Source: Camelus dromedarius (lineage: Eukaryota). Taken from it: DNA of 64,000 bases. The translations under genes were made by a program, and so were the position numbers. The notes under the pieces are model-generated. The model saw only the letters and a list, made by a program, of their open reading frames with translations. It did not search any database and had not been told where the DNA came from. The stretch spans positions 101,248,001 through 101,312,000 of the forward strand of contig NC_087437.1 of the NCBI RefSeq assembly GCF_036321535.1, written 5' to 3'. This document shows positions 11,991 through 25,780 of this stretch, piece after piece. Numbering within the stretch: the first letter of the stretch is position 1; each line of letters opens with the position of its first letter.

Positions 11991-13654
11991 AAAGGCTTTC
12001 AGCGTGGCTTAAACAATCTTAGATATATTTGAGAATGTGAGGGACTACTGTACCTACCATCCTAAATGCCCTCCAATATTATTGACTTTTTTTTGAGGAT
12101 AAATTCTTCCATGTTTATCACTACTTCCAAAATATCATTTGGGAATCTGTAAGTAAATTATAAAATCAAATGAAACACTCCAAACATTGAGCTTCTGAAA
12201 CTTTTATACATGCCAATCTTTGAAGACAAAGATAGTAAACAGTCAGGTATTGAAAAATTTCCTTTAAAAAAAGCATGAGAAGATCTGAATAAATTATACA
12301 GTGAGAGCTCAAATTGTATAAAGGGTTTATTTTGAAATCCTATAATTATTTTGTAATGTATCTTCTTATGAAAGTACTTTTTTTGGGGGAAAGCTCTTAT
12401 TTTTAATAAGGCAAATTTATATTCTGTAATAGAGTGGAATGAGATTGAGAATCTATATGCTTGCAGTATCTAAACTAGACATAATTTAATATTTGCTGAA
12501 GAAATGTCCTTTGAACAGAGAAAACAGATAGTACCTGTGAAAAATATTTGGGATAATATACATGACATGTAGGTGTTACATATACATACATTAATTATAT
12601 TTCAAGTAGAAAAATAAAGTAAAATTGAAAATAGTTTCCATTTAGTAGAATTTGGCCTACACTTGCCATACGTCAGTGCCTGTGGACGGAGCACTTTCTT
12701 ATTAAGAATAGGATGGTATAAGGGAAAGTTAATATAATTTCAAATTTGTCAACTATGATGTAATTTTGCAGGATATCACTGGCTATTTTTATTAAAATAT
12801 TAAGATAATAATATACTGAAATAAGAATAATCTCTAAAAACAATACCAGTAACATATTGTGAAAAAAAATATTATTGAAAATTTATGAAAGTACAGAATT
12901 GATACCTTAAGCAGGTACCAAAATGCTATCTTTAATGTTTAGATACTCCAGATAGAGTTTTCACTGTTGCTTTAATGCAAGTGTGTATCTATGGGTTTGC
13001 GTGGGTACATTGCTTTTAGGTAGAATTTTACATTTAAAATTGTTTTTGAATAGTATTCTTCTGTAGGTCCACTTACATAAATTTATTTTTTTCAATTAAT
13101 AAAGAAGAATTTCAGAAATAGTATAATTTGAATTACTTGGGGCCTCTCCTTACACTCTGAAAAGTGTTTTAATTTGGATGTTAAGTTGTCTCATTTCCCG
13201 TTCTACAACCCAGGACATTTTCCACTGCCTTCATGGGGCTCCTCATTCGGAGGGTGGTTTTATCCCAGTGGTAGAACAAGCCATCTTTCCTGCGGGAACA
13301 GAAATGTGAGAGCATTTTGATGAGCAGTCATATAATCTCACATCCCAGCTTCTTGAAAAGAAACTCCCTCTCTCAACCCCAACTTGTGAAGTCACCGAAG
13401 ATCCCAAGACTGTTAAAGTCAAGGAGGGAGAGCCTCCCTGCCCAGGGCTCAGGCCACATCAGCTGGCCGAGGATGCTCACTGCAGGTACACTGAGTATCT
13501 CCTCAATGGTCTTTGAATCTTTCAGCTATTTGTGGGCACATACATTCCATTCCTCCCACTTTCCTGAGTCAATAGCCTAAATTTTACATGAGACTTGTAG
13601 CTATGAATTCAACTGATGTCCAAATATGACATTTTAAAAGATGTGGTGTTAGGT

Positions 13655-13691
13655 GGATGCATATGTCCAAACACATCAAGATATATATATA

Positions 13692-13722
<31 letters not shown>

Positions 13723-13797
13723 CACACCAAGATATAAACATATTAAATATGTTTAATTTTTCTATATCAACTATACCAAAATAAAGCTAAAAAAAGA
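13655..13797 (+). mobile_element. L1M 3' terminal fragment containing a (GT)n run (13692-13719)
   Basis: CATATGTCCAAACACATCAAG...ATTAAATATG...TATATCAACTATACCAAAATAAAGCTAAAAAAA. Confidence 0.7.
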
Positions 13798-14689
13798 TAT
13801 TTAGTAATAAAATATTTTAAAATGAGATTTTCATTTTAAAATGTCTCATTTTGAAGAATTTAAGATAATAATATCTTAATTTTATCATAAGTAGATATTC
13901 CTAATAATAATTTTAAGACATAACATAGAAGTTTAGAATCAGAATTTGTTGCAAGGGCTTAGTATAGTTTCCATTTATTTATTTTTAATAAGTATAAATT
14001 AGAATACAAAGAACATCTATGGCCAACTAAAAGGATAGCCTTAAGAATGTGTACTTTCTTCTCTAATCCAAGTACTATGAAGATAATAATATTCTTCAGG
14101 GCCATTTAAAATGAGCCATGGAATTTCAAAGTAAATGACAATCCTTCCTTATTAATCTTCTTTTTCATGGCAGTTTTTGTACTTTGTATTTACTGCCTAT
14201 TCATTTTCTTTGATGAGAAATGCAAACTACAGCAATGTGTCTAATGTGTTGACTAAAAATAACCCTCAACTATATTTTAGACAGCTCCAAAGGCTAGACT
14301 GTATTATCTTTTGAAAAATCAGAACAAAGGCCCTTTCAATTCATAAAGAATAGATGAAAAATTGCTCTAATTGGTTTATTTTAATCTGTAGAGAGGAGCG
14401 TAAGTTGTCTACACATTATAAATGGCTAATTTTTAGTGATTAGCTTTTATTTCTAGGCATTATACTTAAGCATCTGGCTTGCCCCTGGTCAAATTTGCTC
14501 TTTTCATCTTTTCTTCAGTTAGGTCATGCCCCACCCCACCCCCAAATTCCTGTAATTTAAATATAAATAACACTGAGATCATAAAAATGTCATAAAATCT
14601 GCTTCTCTTACTAATCTTTATGAGAAAAACTATTCCTACAGTAACTCAATACAGAATCTTAAGGTTTTCCCAATTACTCACCTCCCACA

Positions 14690-15060
14690 TCGAAATGTTC
14701 TCCATTTTCATTCTATTTAATCTAAGTAGCTCTTACCTTTGGCATCTCTTCATTTACGCCTCCATGCCCTTAATTCCGTCCCTCATTGCCTTTTCTGTGG
14801 ATTGCAGTAAATGCATTTTGGCTGGTCTCAAGACTTCCTCCTAGCTCCTGTCCTGCACTGCAACTGAAATGACTTCAAAACTGTAAATCTTAACACTCAC
14901 CTCTTTGCAAAAGTCAAACAATGACTCTCAAGATACAGCACAAATCCTTATACTAAAATAACTTACAGGACACCTGCATCATACCCTAATCTCCTCTCTG
15001 GCCTTGACCCGTGTACCACGTTCCCTCTAACCACACTACCTTGAAGATCAGTATAGAAAT
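14690..15060 (+). mobile_element. L2 LINE fragment
   Basis: Pyrimidine-rich, with GGATTGCAGTAAATGCATTTTGGCTGGTCTC and AAAACTGTAAATCTTAACAC resembling the L2 3' ORF2 region. Confidence 0.65.
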
Positions 15061-15409
15061 ACTTTCATCTCTTTCAAGATACTTACATATGTTAGTTAGT
15101 TAGTTACTCTGGTGGTCTATATTCAGTATATGGTCCATTATTTAAAATTAACGTGTTACATTTGAAAGTGTTTTAGTTGTTTTAATTTATTGAGGTTTTT
15201 TATTTGTCTGTGTTTGTTTTGAATTAAATACAAGATAGAAGTAGTGAAGTGAAAAGTAAGACAAGAAGCAATAAAAGTGAAGTTGAAATAATCTTCAGGG
15301 AAAATAAGTAACATTTCTTCAATTACAATACAAAGAATTTCTAATGCCTAATTGCCCATGGCTTTTCTTAATTGTCAAGAGGTCCATTAGTATATCAAAA
15401 GTTTACAGA

Positions 15410-15720
15410 GTATTTATTATTTGTTGGCTAATGTGTCAGCACTGGGCATATGCTTTGTGAAGATTTGATCTCTGCCTGCAAGGTGCTTTGAGTCTAGTAG
15501 GCAAAATAAACTAAAATGCTGAGAATTGTGATAAAAAACAACAAGTTCAATCAAAAATTTCATGATTTTTTTAAATGAAGGATTCCCATTTCCATGTGGA
15601 GTTGTGGTTGAGGATTGATCAGAGGAAAAAGTCCAGGAAGCCTTGATGACACAAGTGTCAGTCAGCCTTTGCATAAAAAATGATCAGCAGTGCCCAGATG
15701 AAGATGTGAGATAGAGCATG
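15410..15720 (-). mobile_element. L2 3' end
   Basis: TATTTATT...TGTGTCAGCACTGGGC...TCTCTGCCTGCAAGGTGCTTTGAGTCTAGT resembles a reversed L2 terminus. Confidence 0.55.
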
Positions 15721-17904
15721 GCATGCTCATGCACTTTAAGTTCTGGAAACTCAAGGGATACTCCAGTTGGTACATGCATTATATTTATATATTATTTTTA
15801 TAATGTTTTATTGCTATCTGTTTCAATGATATTTCCACATAGTTCAAGGCAGTAGAGCTTGAGAGAGCTTACTCTACTTGATTGTTAACATTCTCTTCCG
15901 CTGTGGAGAAGAAAATACAGGAAAGAGTCAGTAATTTGAAGTAGTCAAGACATAATCTAACTTTTGATTCATGGATACTATACAATTTCGTGTGACCAAT
16001 TTTGACAAAAGATTCTGAAAAACATTTACTAGACTTTCCTCTTTGAGCAAAAGACTTCATTATTTTAATTTGATTTGTTCAATGTTTAATGATTCATTTG
16101 GAAACTCAAAGAATTATACATAGGTTTGTTATCTATCAAAACGCACTTAAATATGTAACCTGAGTGTCTTAACGTAATACTCATGTTTTAACATCCAACA
16201 AGGTACACTTAATGGCCTACGAAAGCTTCACTGTCTAGTCAAATTGTAATTTGTGTCACTTATTTAATTATGGGTCTAGACAAGTAAATGATGTTTTCAT
16301 GGGATCCTATATTCAACTGCAAACAATTACTCAGGAAATTGACATATTAACTGCCCCACATGAACCTGTCAATGGAAAAACATCTGTCCTCCACCTCGTT
16401 AACGGCCTAGTAATTGTTGACTGGTGAAGAGAATCAGGAAGAATTACTTCAGTATGCATGGTGCCACAAACTAATACATTTTATATTTTTTTTATTCCCT
16501 CTTACTCTTTTCCACTCCTGGTATTTCCTCAGCTGTGCTGATGATAAAATGGACTTATATCAAATCCAGAAGATATGAGACAAGAAAAATTTCAACCAAG
16601 AACATTATTAATCTCCCCTAAGGAGATACAGAATCAATGTGAAGAATATTTTATTTGATTTGAACATTACACCTTATCACTGTTTGTTCTGTATTTCAAT
16701 CTATCAAAAAGAAGCATCTGAATTCTCATGCTGGTTGAAGTAATTCTGATTCCAATATTTCAGTATGGTTTTCACACAGATGTAATACTTGGTTTCATGG
16801 GTAACTAATTTTCCAAAGAAAAACAGACTGTAGTATCATCAACAAGTTTTGATGTTCAGAAAATTTTTGGGACATGTATATTAATGTTGTTAATATATAC
16901 TTGCACATAACTAAATAATCATATTGTAATTAAACATTTTTTAGAAGTCTTAAGAAGCCATGAATGATTAAAGAGGTTTGACATACTTATATAGCAATAT
17001 TTTGATGCCCAGATTTTAAAATTGCTAATCTTAAAATGGATTTTGCATATTCTTGAATAGCATTTTGATCCATTTTTGCTTGATGCAAATGGTTTAAATA
17101 TCCAATACCTGATAGATTCTGCAAACTAGTTTTATGACTATAAAACATATATTTGTAGAAATTAAACACTGAACTACGTGAATGTGTTTTATCAAACAAT
17201 GATATTATTTATTTAAATAATTTTTAGTACAAAGCTACATAATTAAGCTTAAATTCAGGGAAAAGCAAGATGAATATATCAATAAAAACAAAAAAATTCA
17301 CATATTGATGAAACTATAGAGTTGGTTCAAAGCTGTAGATAAGCATTTTTTATTTCCTCCAGAACTTCATATTATTGTTATCGGAATTCCTAATACACTT
17401 ATTCAATTTTTTTTAGCTTGTGGTTTATTTTTAAAATTTCAATTTGCAGAATATTCAATCACTATTTCCATAATATGGTCATTACAATTTTTAAAAATTT
17501 TAAAGTAATTATGTTGGATAAACTTAAGGACCACTAAGTAAAGAAAACAACAGTGGAGAATAGGAGGGAACAGGAAACAAAAAATATAGCAAAGAATATT
17601 TCTAGTAGGAAATAAATTTGTGGGTCAGCAACCAGCACTCTCTACTTTTATTATAAGTCATTATCTAATAAGATGTATACATTTGTTATCTGAGCTTATT
17701 TAAAGGAGAGGCATCTAGGTGATTGTCAATCGTATATGAGTAAAATCGCAGTTTTATAAAAAGATTGATATAACATTGATGGTAATACATGTCAAAGGCT
17801 TGTATTTTCCATATACAGGGAGGCTAACTTTTAAATGATAATAAAGTTTTTTTTAATTGTGGTAGAAACGTACATTATGAAGGTTGGTCTAAAAATCCTA
17901 AGAT

Positions 17905-18403
17905 CACTCTATGGGTTCACTATTGTCACAAAAAATACTAAATAATAATTATAATAATAACAGAAAATCTCAGTGGAATATAACAAGCATTTGTTTAACT
18001 CATAAGTCTGCAGAGGGTTTAGGGGCAGGTTAATCTAGACGGGGTTCTCTCTCTTGGATGTGGTTCTACTCCATGTGTCCCTCATCCTTTTCTTGGGAGA
18101 GCAGGCTAACCCAAGACAGGTTAACCCAGGCATATTCTTTTTAATTGTGATGACAAAGGAACAAAAGTGCAAATGTGAAACTCAAAGTGTATTTTAAGGA
18201 ATTATGTCTGCTAAAGTCCTGTTGACCAAAATGAATCATATGGCCAAGCCCAACTTGAAATGGCAAGAAGGACACCCAACCCAATCTGATGTCCAAGCAA
18301 GTTATAGGGCCAATCCCCAAGCAAGGAAGAGGGAGAGGAGATATACACTCTGCCCATGAAAGAAGAGTGGTGAATTTTTCTGGAAACCAACCTAATTTAC
18401 CAC
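17905..18403 (-). mobile_element. MLT1 (old MaLR, MLT1H-K type) LTR
   Basis: AAAATCTCAGTGG...CTCCATGTGTCCCTCATCC...TTGACCAAAATGAATCATATGGCCAAGCCCAAC, ending TAATTTACCACA. Confidence 0.85.
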
Positions 18404-19364
18404 AATCATGATTTTAGTAAAATTACATGCTATTATCTATAATTGGCTGTAGCATAATGTATGTAATCTTAAAATTTATATAAATGCCTACTGAAATGAT
18501 TAACTGAGAAATTATTTGTGATCTCACATTTCACAAAGGTATTATTTAAATAAAGAGGATTGTAATGTTAATCCCAAAATATATGTTCAGCAGGACTTGG
18601 GTAAACAGCTTTAATCTCTCTCTCTCTCTCTCTTTTTTTTTTTTTTTGTGAGAGGAATGGCTTCTGAAAGCACGAGATTTTGTGGCTGCTTCTATTTCTC
18701 AGTGGATATATTGAGTAAGAAAGGAAGCAATCTTTGTGTGGCAGAATACCATCCTGAGTTAGTAATTGATGTGTTTCTCTTTTTGTTTCCTTATGTAACA
18801 GAATCTTTTGTGATTCTCATCCAGTGGAAGCGGGGTTTTTCGGCTGCTTGTTCACAATATTGCTTTCTTTATCTATGACATATAGGTTTTAGAAAGTATC
18901 AGTGGGAAAGCTTAAACTTTTCACTCAAAAATGATACTTTATATGGTATAAAGAGAGAGGAAAAAATCTGATTTTTCTTTTACCTTTTACATCTTGTACT
19001 ATACTACGAAAATGTTTGCATGATTCATATTATCTACGACAAAGATAAAGAATCCTGACTCTTGATTCCCCACATTCATAAAGTAAAACATTGAATTACC
19101 TACTGTCTTATCTGCAGTTATTTTGTATATAAATGATAGATGCAGGCCACCTAAAAGGAGGAACGTTTTTACTAAGTTACGTACAAGAACTTGCCCAAAG
19201 ATGAATATCTTTTTGTCCATCCTCTAAAAGTGAGGTGTTGGGGAAAATGTCCTCTCTTTTATATTATACCTGAGTAAATTGTTTATCTAGAAGGAACTTT
19301 GCATCAGTGGGCAAAAAGTACAATACTGTATGAAAAGAACTAATAATTACAATATCTAGGGACA

Positions 19365-19645
19365 GCAACAGAAGCCATGCCCTACAATCATAGTTCAGAC
19401 ACAAGGGTATAAATACCATTCTCTGGTCTCCCTTGTCATGGAAAACTCCAAAGATAATTTCTGTTTCAGAGCTTCCTGTAAATTCATCTGAGGCCTTATT
19501 TGTGACTGTGTCACAGCTCAGCTTTTTTCTGCTCAAACCCATTTCTGTCCTTTGACTAAGCGATGTTGATCCCAAGAGTGGTACCTAATGAACCTCTTAT
19601 ACACTGATCTCTACTTCAGAGTCTGCTTCCCAGAATATCCAAGGA
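19365..19645 (+). mobile_element. LTR16-family ERVL LTR (3' part)
   Basis: TTTGTGACTGTGTCACAGCTCAGC...TGTTGATCCCAAGAG...CTTCAGAGTCTGCTTCCCAG. Confidence 0.8.
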
Positions 19646-19699
19646 CTGGTGGGAGCTGAATCTAATAAACATTTATGAACCAGTTCACCAAGAGGATGA

Positions 19700-20470
19700 T
19701 AGTCTTCTCAAATAATTTTATCAGAAATGGGAGTTGCAGAAGTATTTTAAGCAGAAAAGAGTGAAATGATGAGATTTCCATTATAAGAAATCATTCTAGT
19801 AATATTCCATAAAAATGGACTTGAAATGGCAGAGTATAAGCAGGTAGGAATATGGGGTTATTTTAGTCATCCAGACAAGAAATAATAATAGCTGACAGCT
19901 AACACATACTATATGGCACTTCTAAGTACTTTGCAGATGTATATTTTTAATATTCACAAAAACGCTATGAGTTAGATAATACATTTATCTCTACTACCGT
20001 ATGCTACAAATGAGAAAACTGAATCATGGAAAAGTTAAGTAAATTGCCCAAGGTCATGTGACTAGTAGGTGGTGGATCCAGGACTTGAACCAATGGTGTG
20101 GTTTCAGAGCCCCTTCTCTTCCCCACTGTAGTCTTGCTCAACATCTAGTGATGGCTTGAACTAAGGCAGTAGGGGCAGCAATAGATTATGTGAACAGGAT
20201 AATATAGTGAGAAGTCAGTAGGAATCTGCAATGTGATTATCATATTTGAACACCTGAGTTTGATGTACTGATGAATCCAAGTGGAATTGTTTTGGAGCTG
20301 ACTGGAAGCTTCAAGCTTTGAGAAATCTCAGGAGGCACTAAAGAACCAAGAGCCATAAGTACATTAGTGATAGCTGAAGTCATTATGGTCCAAGGAGACT
20401 GTGTAACAGGAAAGAAAAGTGACAGGATCAAGACTAGAAGCCTAGAGAGTGTCCACACTTAACAAGTCTC
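19700..20470 (-). mobile_element. L2 fragment interrupted by a MIR
   Basis: TTTTAAGCAGAAAAGAGTGAAATGATGAGATTT...TCCAGACAAGAAATAAT, resuming after the MIR as GTGATGGCTTGAACTAAGG...GATAGCTGAAGTCAT. Confidence 0.75.
19885..20130 (-). mobile_element. MIR SINE, near full length
   Basis: Core ACAAATGAGAAAACTGAATCATGGAAAAGTTAAGTAAATTGCCCAAGGTCA...CCAGGACTTGAACC. Confidence 0.9.
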
Positions 20471-21974
20471 TCCACCAAAAATAAAGACATGGATAGAAAC
20501 AACAAATATCCACAGATTTTATTCAGTAAAATAGCTAATTTATGTATGCTTCTTTTATACACATACACGGTTATCAGACAAATTATTCAAAATCTCCATC
20601 TTTTTTCTTGGAGCAACAGATGAGTTTATCAGCTAATAGAAATAAATCTATGACTATTTATTTCAATCAATGGCTGCTAAATTCCTTCTATATTTCAGAG
20701 AAAATTTTAGGATATTTAGTGAACTTCTAAATGTCTTCAATTTTATTATTTGGTAACTTTTAGAAATAACAATATATTTGAGTAAACAAGAATATTAGAA
20801 CGATTAATTACAGGGTTTAGATATCAGATGAATAGATGCCCTTTCTTTCACTAATTCAAATTGGTCTTAAAGGAATTATAACTTTAAAAGAATTTTGAAG
20901 TAAAAGCACTGAAGTGTCAAAGAGTTTCACTATTGTAAATAAAAATTGTAGAAACTGTGTTAATAAATGACAAGGAATTTATTTAAAACAAAATAACTTT
21001 ATATTTTTAATTAATAATGACATGAAATTATATAAAATAAAATTCTTTCCCATGAATTTTGCCTGAAAAATTATCCTTCCTTTTGCTATTAATTTTTTTC
21101 CAAAGTTTTCAAAGTCTGTACTACATGACTATAGCTACATGCTTCAGAGAAAAATGTCTCTTCTTTCCTCCATGCTACCCCTGAAAAGAACTCAGCACTG
21201 CATGAGTATTTCTGGAACAAAAACTCGGATTTTCTATAAGTTCCACCTATCTTTGATCTACTGTTAAAATAATGATGACTTTTTTTTCTCCTTGCCACTT
21301 TGGCAGTCATTATTATTAATATAAATGATGACTATAACACAGACATAATCAAATTAACCTAATTTATCACTTCCATTTGCCATAAAATTTATATTCCTTA
21401 TATGTTTCAGTTTACAAGATGCTCAGCCATTTAAAAATTATTTATAGCATTTATCTGAGAAAAAAATACCCAGTGGCTTAAGTTGATAAAAAATTAATCT
21501 ATAATGATGCCCTGATATATTGGTTATTACTTTTATTTCTGTAGAGAAATAAGTTTAAAGGGACATGGGTTTGGCATATTGAATACATGATTTGGAATCA
21601 TGGATACTTTGTGCAGAGGTAGTTATATGTCTTGAAACCAAACAGTCTCAGAATTGTGTGAAATGCACTGTTCAATAGACCTGTAATTGCCCTTTCTTTG
21701 CTTTGAAGTTGAAAAGTAAATAAATGAAAAATCTCCTTATCATAAAAACTTTGGCATTTCCCTGAAAAAATAGAAAGCTTTCACTTTAGTTCCATATCCT
21801 AAGGGAACTGGAGATGCTTGGATGATAAAGAATATGGCTGATAATCCAAATAAGCTCCTTCTCATAAAAAAATAAGTATCATAACATATCACTAATATGG
21901 ACTTGAAAATTTTTAAACGTTCACAGTTTGTTTCCCCTAAAATACATAGAAGTAGCTACATACGTTTTTGGACA

Positions 21975-22320
21975 ACTCTGTTTGTCTTACATACAGTGAG
22001 GCCAAACTGACCGAACTGTTAAGAGTTATCAGAGCAGAGAAAGTTTTATTGTGGGACCAAGCAGGCAACTTGTGCTGAAAAGGCTCAAACTCCTGGATGG
22101 TTTTCCGGGAAAAGTTTTTATAGGCAAAATTTGGAGGAAGGGTTGCAGGGTGTGTAACTCTCCTATGATTGGTTGGTGAAGAGGTAACAGGCTGGTGTTC
22201 CAGGAATCTCAGTCGTCAGCCTTTTGGTTCCAACCAGTCTGGGTCCACATGCTTGTGCTCAGCCTGAAGTCACCATCCTCCATCTGGATGGGGGCCTTGA
22301 TTCCTGTAGAAGAACTCTAA
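21975..22320 (-). mobile_element. ERV1-type LTR fragment (artiodactyl/laurasiatherian)
   Basis: CAGTGAGGCCAAAC...GAGCAGAGAAAGTTTTATT (reverse polyA signal), reverse TATA-like TTTTATA and reverse CCAAT (GATTGGTTGG). Confidence 0.75.
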
Positions 22321-22322
22321 GA

Positions 22323-23496
22323 AAAAATTGTTCTTTCTAACCAAAGGACTGAAAAAATATCTGCCTAGCAAGTCAGAACACTGTTATACAAAAATTACTC
22401 ACACCCATTCAACCACTGTGTGATGTCAGGGAGGCAACAGTCCCCATTTCAAATGCACTAGCAAATGCTTAGGCTGAAAAGAGGCATGTCCAACTACCTG
22501 GCTGGGGTGGTGACAAACCAGGTCTAATAGGAATCCAGGACTTTAACCCTTTCCAGGTGATGATGAAACCTCTAACCCCAGCATTGGCCGTAAAGACCAT
22601 ACGAGATGCCTGGACTTCCACACCCAACTGCCAGCAAGAGGTGATGTTAGCCTTCCTCCTGCCAGACAGGCATCAGAGGAGTCCAGCTAAAGTTGGATAT
22701 TTGAATAAGTTCCAGGATCTCATAATATAATGCTCAAAATGTTTACGTGTCATTAAAAAATCATTCATCATACCAAGAACTAGGAAGGTCTCAACGCAAA
22801 TGAGAAAGAAAAACATAGATATGAAAGAGATGTTAGACCCACCTGAAAGTATTTTTAAAGCAGTGGTAAATAAATGATTCAAGTGAAGAACAATCACAAA
22901 TGTCATTGAAACAAATGAAAACATACAAATCTCATAAAAAAAAAAATAGAAGAACCAAAATATGTGAGGCAAAAGCTTATACAACTAAAAAGAAAAAATA
23001 GTCAAATGTATACTTATAGTTGGAGACTTTAATATTACTTTCTCAATAACTGAGAGGATGAGACAAAAAATCAGGATGGGCATAGAAGAACTCCACAGAG
23101 ACATCAATAAACAGGATATAATCAACATTTATCAAACACTTTACCCCAAAACAACCAAATAGATACTCTGTTTAAGTGCCTGTGGGCATATATCAAGATA
23201 GACTCCTATCCTGAGCAATAAATCTATCTTCAACAATTTTAAAAGAAATGAAATCATCAATGTGTTTTCTGATAATAGTATCAAACTAGAAATCAGTGTG
23301 GTCATAGGAAAATCTCCAACACTTGGCAACTGAAAAGTACACTTTCAATAAATCTATTAAGTCAGACATGGATGACTCAAGGGAAATAAACACATTGACC
23401 TGAATAAAAATGAAAATACAACATAAAAATTGTGTGGGATGCAGCTAAAGCAGTACTTGGATGGAAGCTGATAGCACTAAATGCTTATATGAGAAA
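22323..23496 (+). mobile_element. Old L1 (L1MC-like): 5'UTR and ORF1 start joined to ORF2 endonuclease region
   Basis: ATA GTT GGA GAC TTT AAT (IVGDFN, APE endonuclease motif) at 23016-23033. TGGGATGCAGCTAAAGCAGTACTT (WDAAKAVL) near 23435-23458. ORF1-start-like CATACCAAGAACTAGGAAG upstream. Confidence 0.85.
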
Positions 23497-25309
23497 TATC
23501 GGCTGTCTGCATCAGGAGTGTTTGCAGAATATCTAGTCAGTATCCTGAAACTGACATCCTAACCATAAGTTTTCACAAATTCATTTTGTGTTATACTATA
23601 CTTTCCCATGGGATTAAATTGCCTTATTTCCATTATTATTAATTTTATTTTATGGTTAATTGAAAAATTTTTAAATTCACTTGTTGCCTATTCAAACAGA
23701 AGTCATTTTTTTGTGGATGGATATTTAGTAGAATACAAAGACAACCCAGGGTGAACAGGAATCCCCACAGACTAGCCTAACACAGGATGGCCAGCTCACT
23801 TCTATCTTGTCCTGGTTTTTTTGACAGACTCCGCTGATCCATGGCATTGTTTGTGTTCCAGGTGGATACACACTAAAGATGCCCCCAGCTGGGAGCTCTG
23901 CCCTGATTAATGTCCTTCATACATAAGGTGCAGATGGCAAGACACTTACTGCCTTTATTAATTTGTTAATGCTGTCATAGGGAAGAAATAGATTTCCTTT
24001 CTAACTGGAATCACTTGGGGAATAAAAGGACAACTCATTGCCATGGGGACCATATCAAGTTACCAAAACTAGCTGAAGATGAAAGAAATCATTGAATTGC
24101 TTGGACAGAAGCAATGTGCACTGGCATTTTTCCACAAGTCCTACTTTGAAAACCAGATGGAATGCAGTATGTCAAGTGAAGCAACATCGCAAGTGTGCTC
24201 TCTATTAGGGAGTTGTTTGCTAGATTTTGCGTCAAGTGAAAATATTCTAGACTGAGTTTGTAAGACTGTTCAGCTGACCATTAAGATGCCATTGGTTAAA
24301 ATTATGTATGATGAAAATGTGGTGGAATGATAGTGGAATAAAAGTGTTAATGCACGTGGACGGTTTTAAGTTCACATAGGTATCAGTGTTTTTGTTTTTT
24401 ATTTTAAATGTTGCATGTGTGCTAATAGGAGACATATACAAGCTGTGCAGTTGCTTCAGAACAAAGGATCAATATTTCATGTATAGGAATACTTATCTCT
24501 ATAACTGGGTCTTCCCCAAAACCTGTTTTTCAATCTTGAGCTTAATACATTATACAAGGAAGATGCTCAGAAAATATTTGTTGAATGAAATGCTCTTCCA
24601 ATAAGTTTCAATTTAGATGACAAATTTTCATTCCCATCTCATAATTCACTAAAAGGTCAAGGGATCATTTTTGATGTATTCTACTAATTAGCATCTGACC
24701 TACTCATAGAGAGTTAAAAGTTCAACTAGCAAGTTAGGATTCATAGCAAAAAAGTCCTTTTCAGTATTTTTATTTTATAATGAGTCTGAGCATCAGATAA
24801 TCTAGGTCATTTCTTTGTATAAGGTTTTGAGGCATAAAAATATGTATATATTTGCTAGAGAACATTTATATTTAGATGCAAAAAATACATACTAAATGTC
24901 TTCATATTTAAAATTGCATTTTTTAACCTTCTATGACACTACTAAAAATAAAAATTTGTGGTTTTGGATTTTTTTTTAAAGAAGACACATCTATCAGGGC
25001 ATCTCTGTAAAACAAACAAACCATTTTTCACTGAATATCTGAACATATGGAGATTAGACACCTCATGAATTAAATTTTAAATGAACTGACCTTACTGGAT
25101 CCTTGACAGCAGGGAAAAAGTAAGTACCAATAAGAATAGAAATATATCAGTGCACCAGATTTATTGCATAAATATCAAATAAAATATAATGTCTGTAAGA
25201 TAAACAGAGGAAAATATATACATTGACATATAAGGTGGTTCATATTCTTCTTGTTACCTCACCATTAACTTCTCTCATCTCACACTTTCATTGCAAATAT
25301 ATCACTATG

Positions 25310-25780
25310 CAGTTATTCAAGAAATGTTTGTAGAATAGCCACTCTGGGTCAAGCATTATGCTACACACAGAGGATAGCAGAATGAAGAAAAAAGGCAAAG
25401 ACACTATCCTAGTGGTACTTGGAGTAAAGTGGGACTGCCAACAAATATGAAATTAAAATCGGGTGTAATCAGCACAGAAATAGGCAAAGTATAGGATACA
25501 ATGGGAACAAAGGAAAAACATTTTACCTCTCTGCCACCCAAGGGGAATTATATTTAGACTGAGACTTGAAGGATCTGTAATTTCAGGAAGAAAAGAATGA
25601 GTGCTTGAAGAAGTAGGAATAGCATAAATAAAAGCTGGAAGGTGAGACTGAGCTGTGGATACTTCTAGAACTGAAAGTAGATCTATGTGGCAAGGAAACC
25701 TCCAGGCTGAGGATAACAACAGAAGGCAGACATGAGCAGCAGGCTTATAAAAGGCTGTTGAATACTGTTGACAACTCATT
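25310..25780 (-). mobile_element. L2 3' end
   Basis: ATTCAAGAAATGTTTG...AGCATTATGCTA...AGACTGAGACTTGAAGGAT. Confidence 0.75.

Noticed and set aside
5010..19645. LTR16 copies (5010, 19365) or MLT2 copies (5981, 27562) as paired proviral LTRs
   Set aside because: Each pair is in opposite orientation and divergent, with no internal retroviral sequence between; independent solo LTRs.
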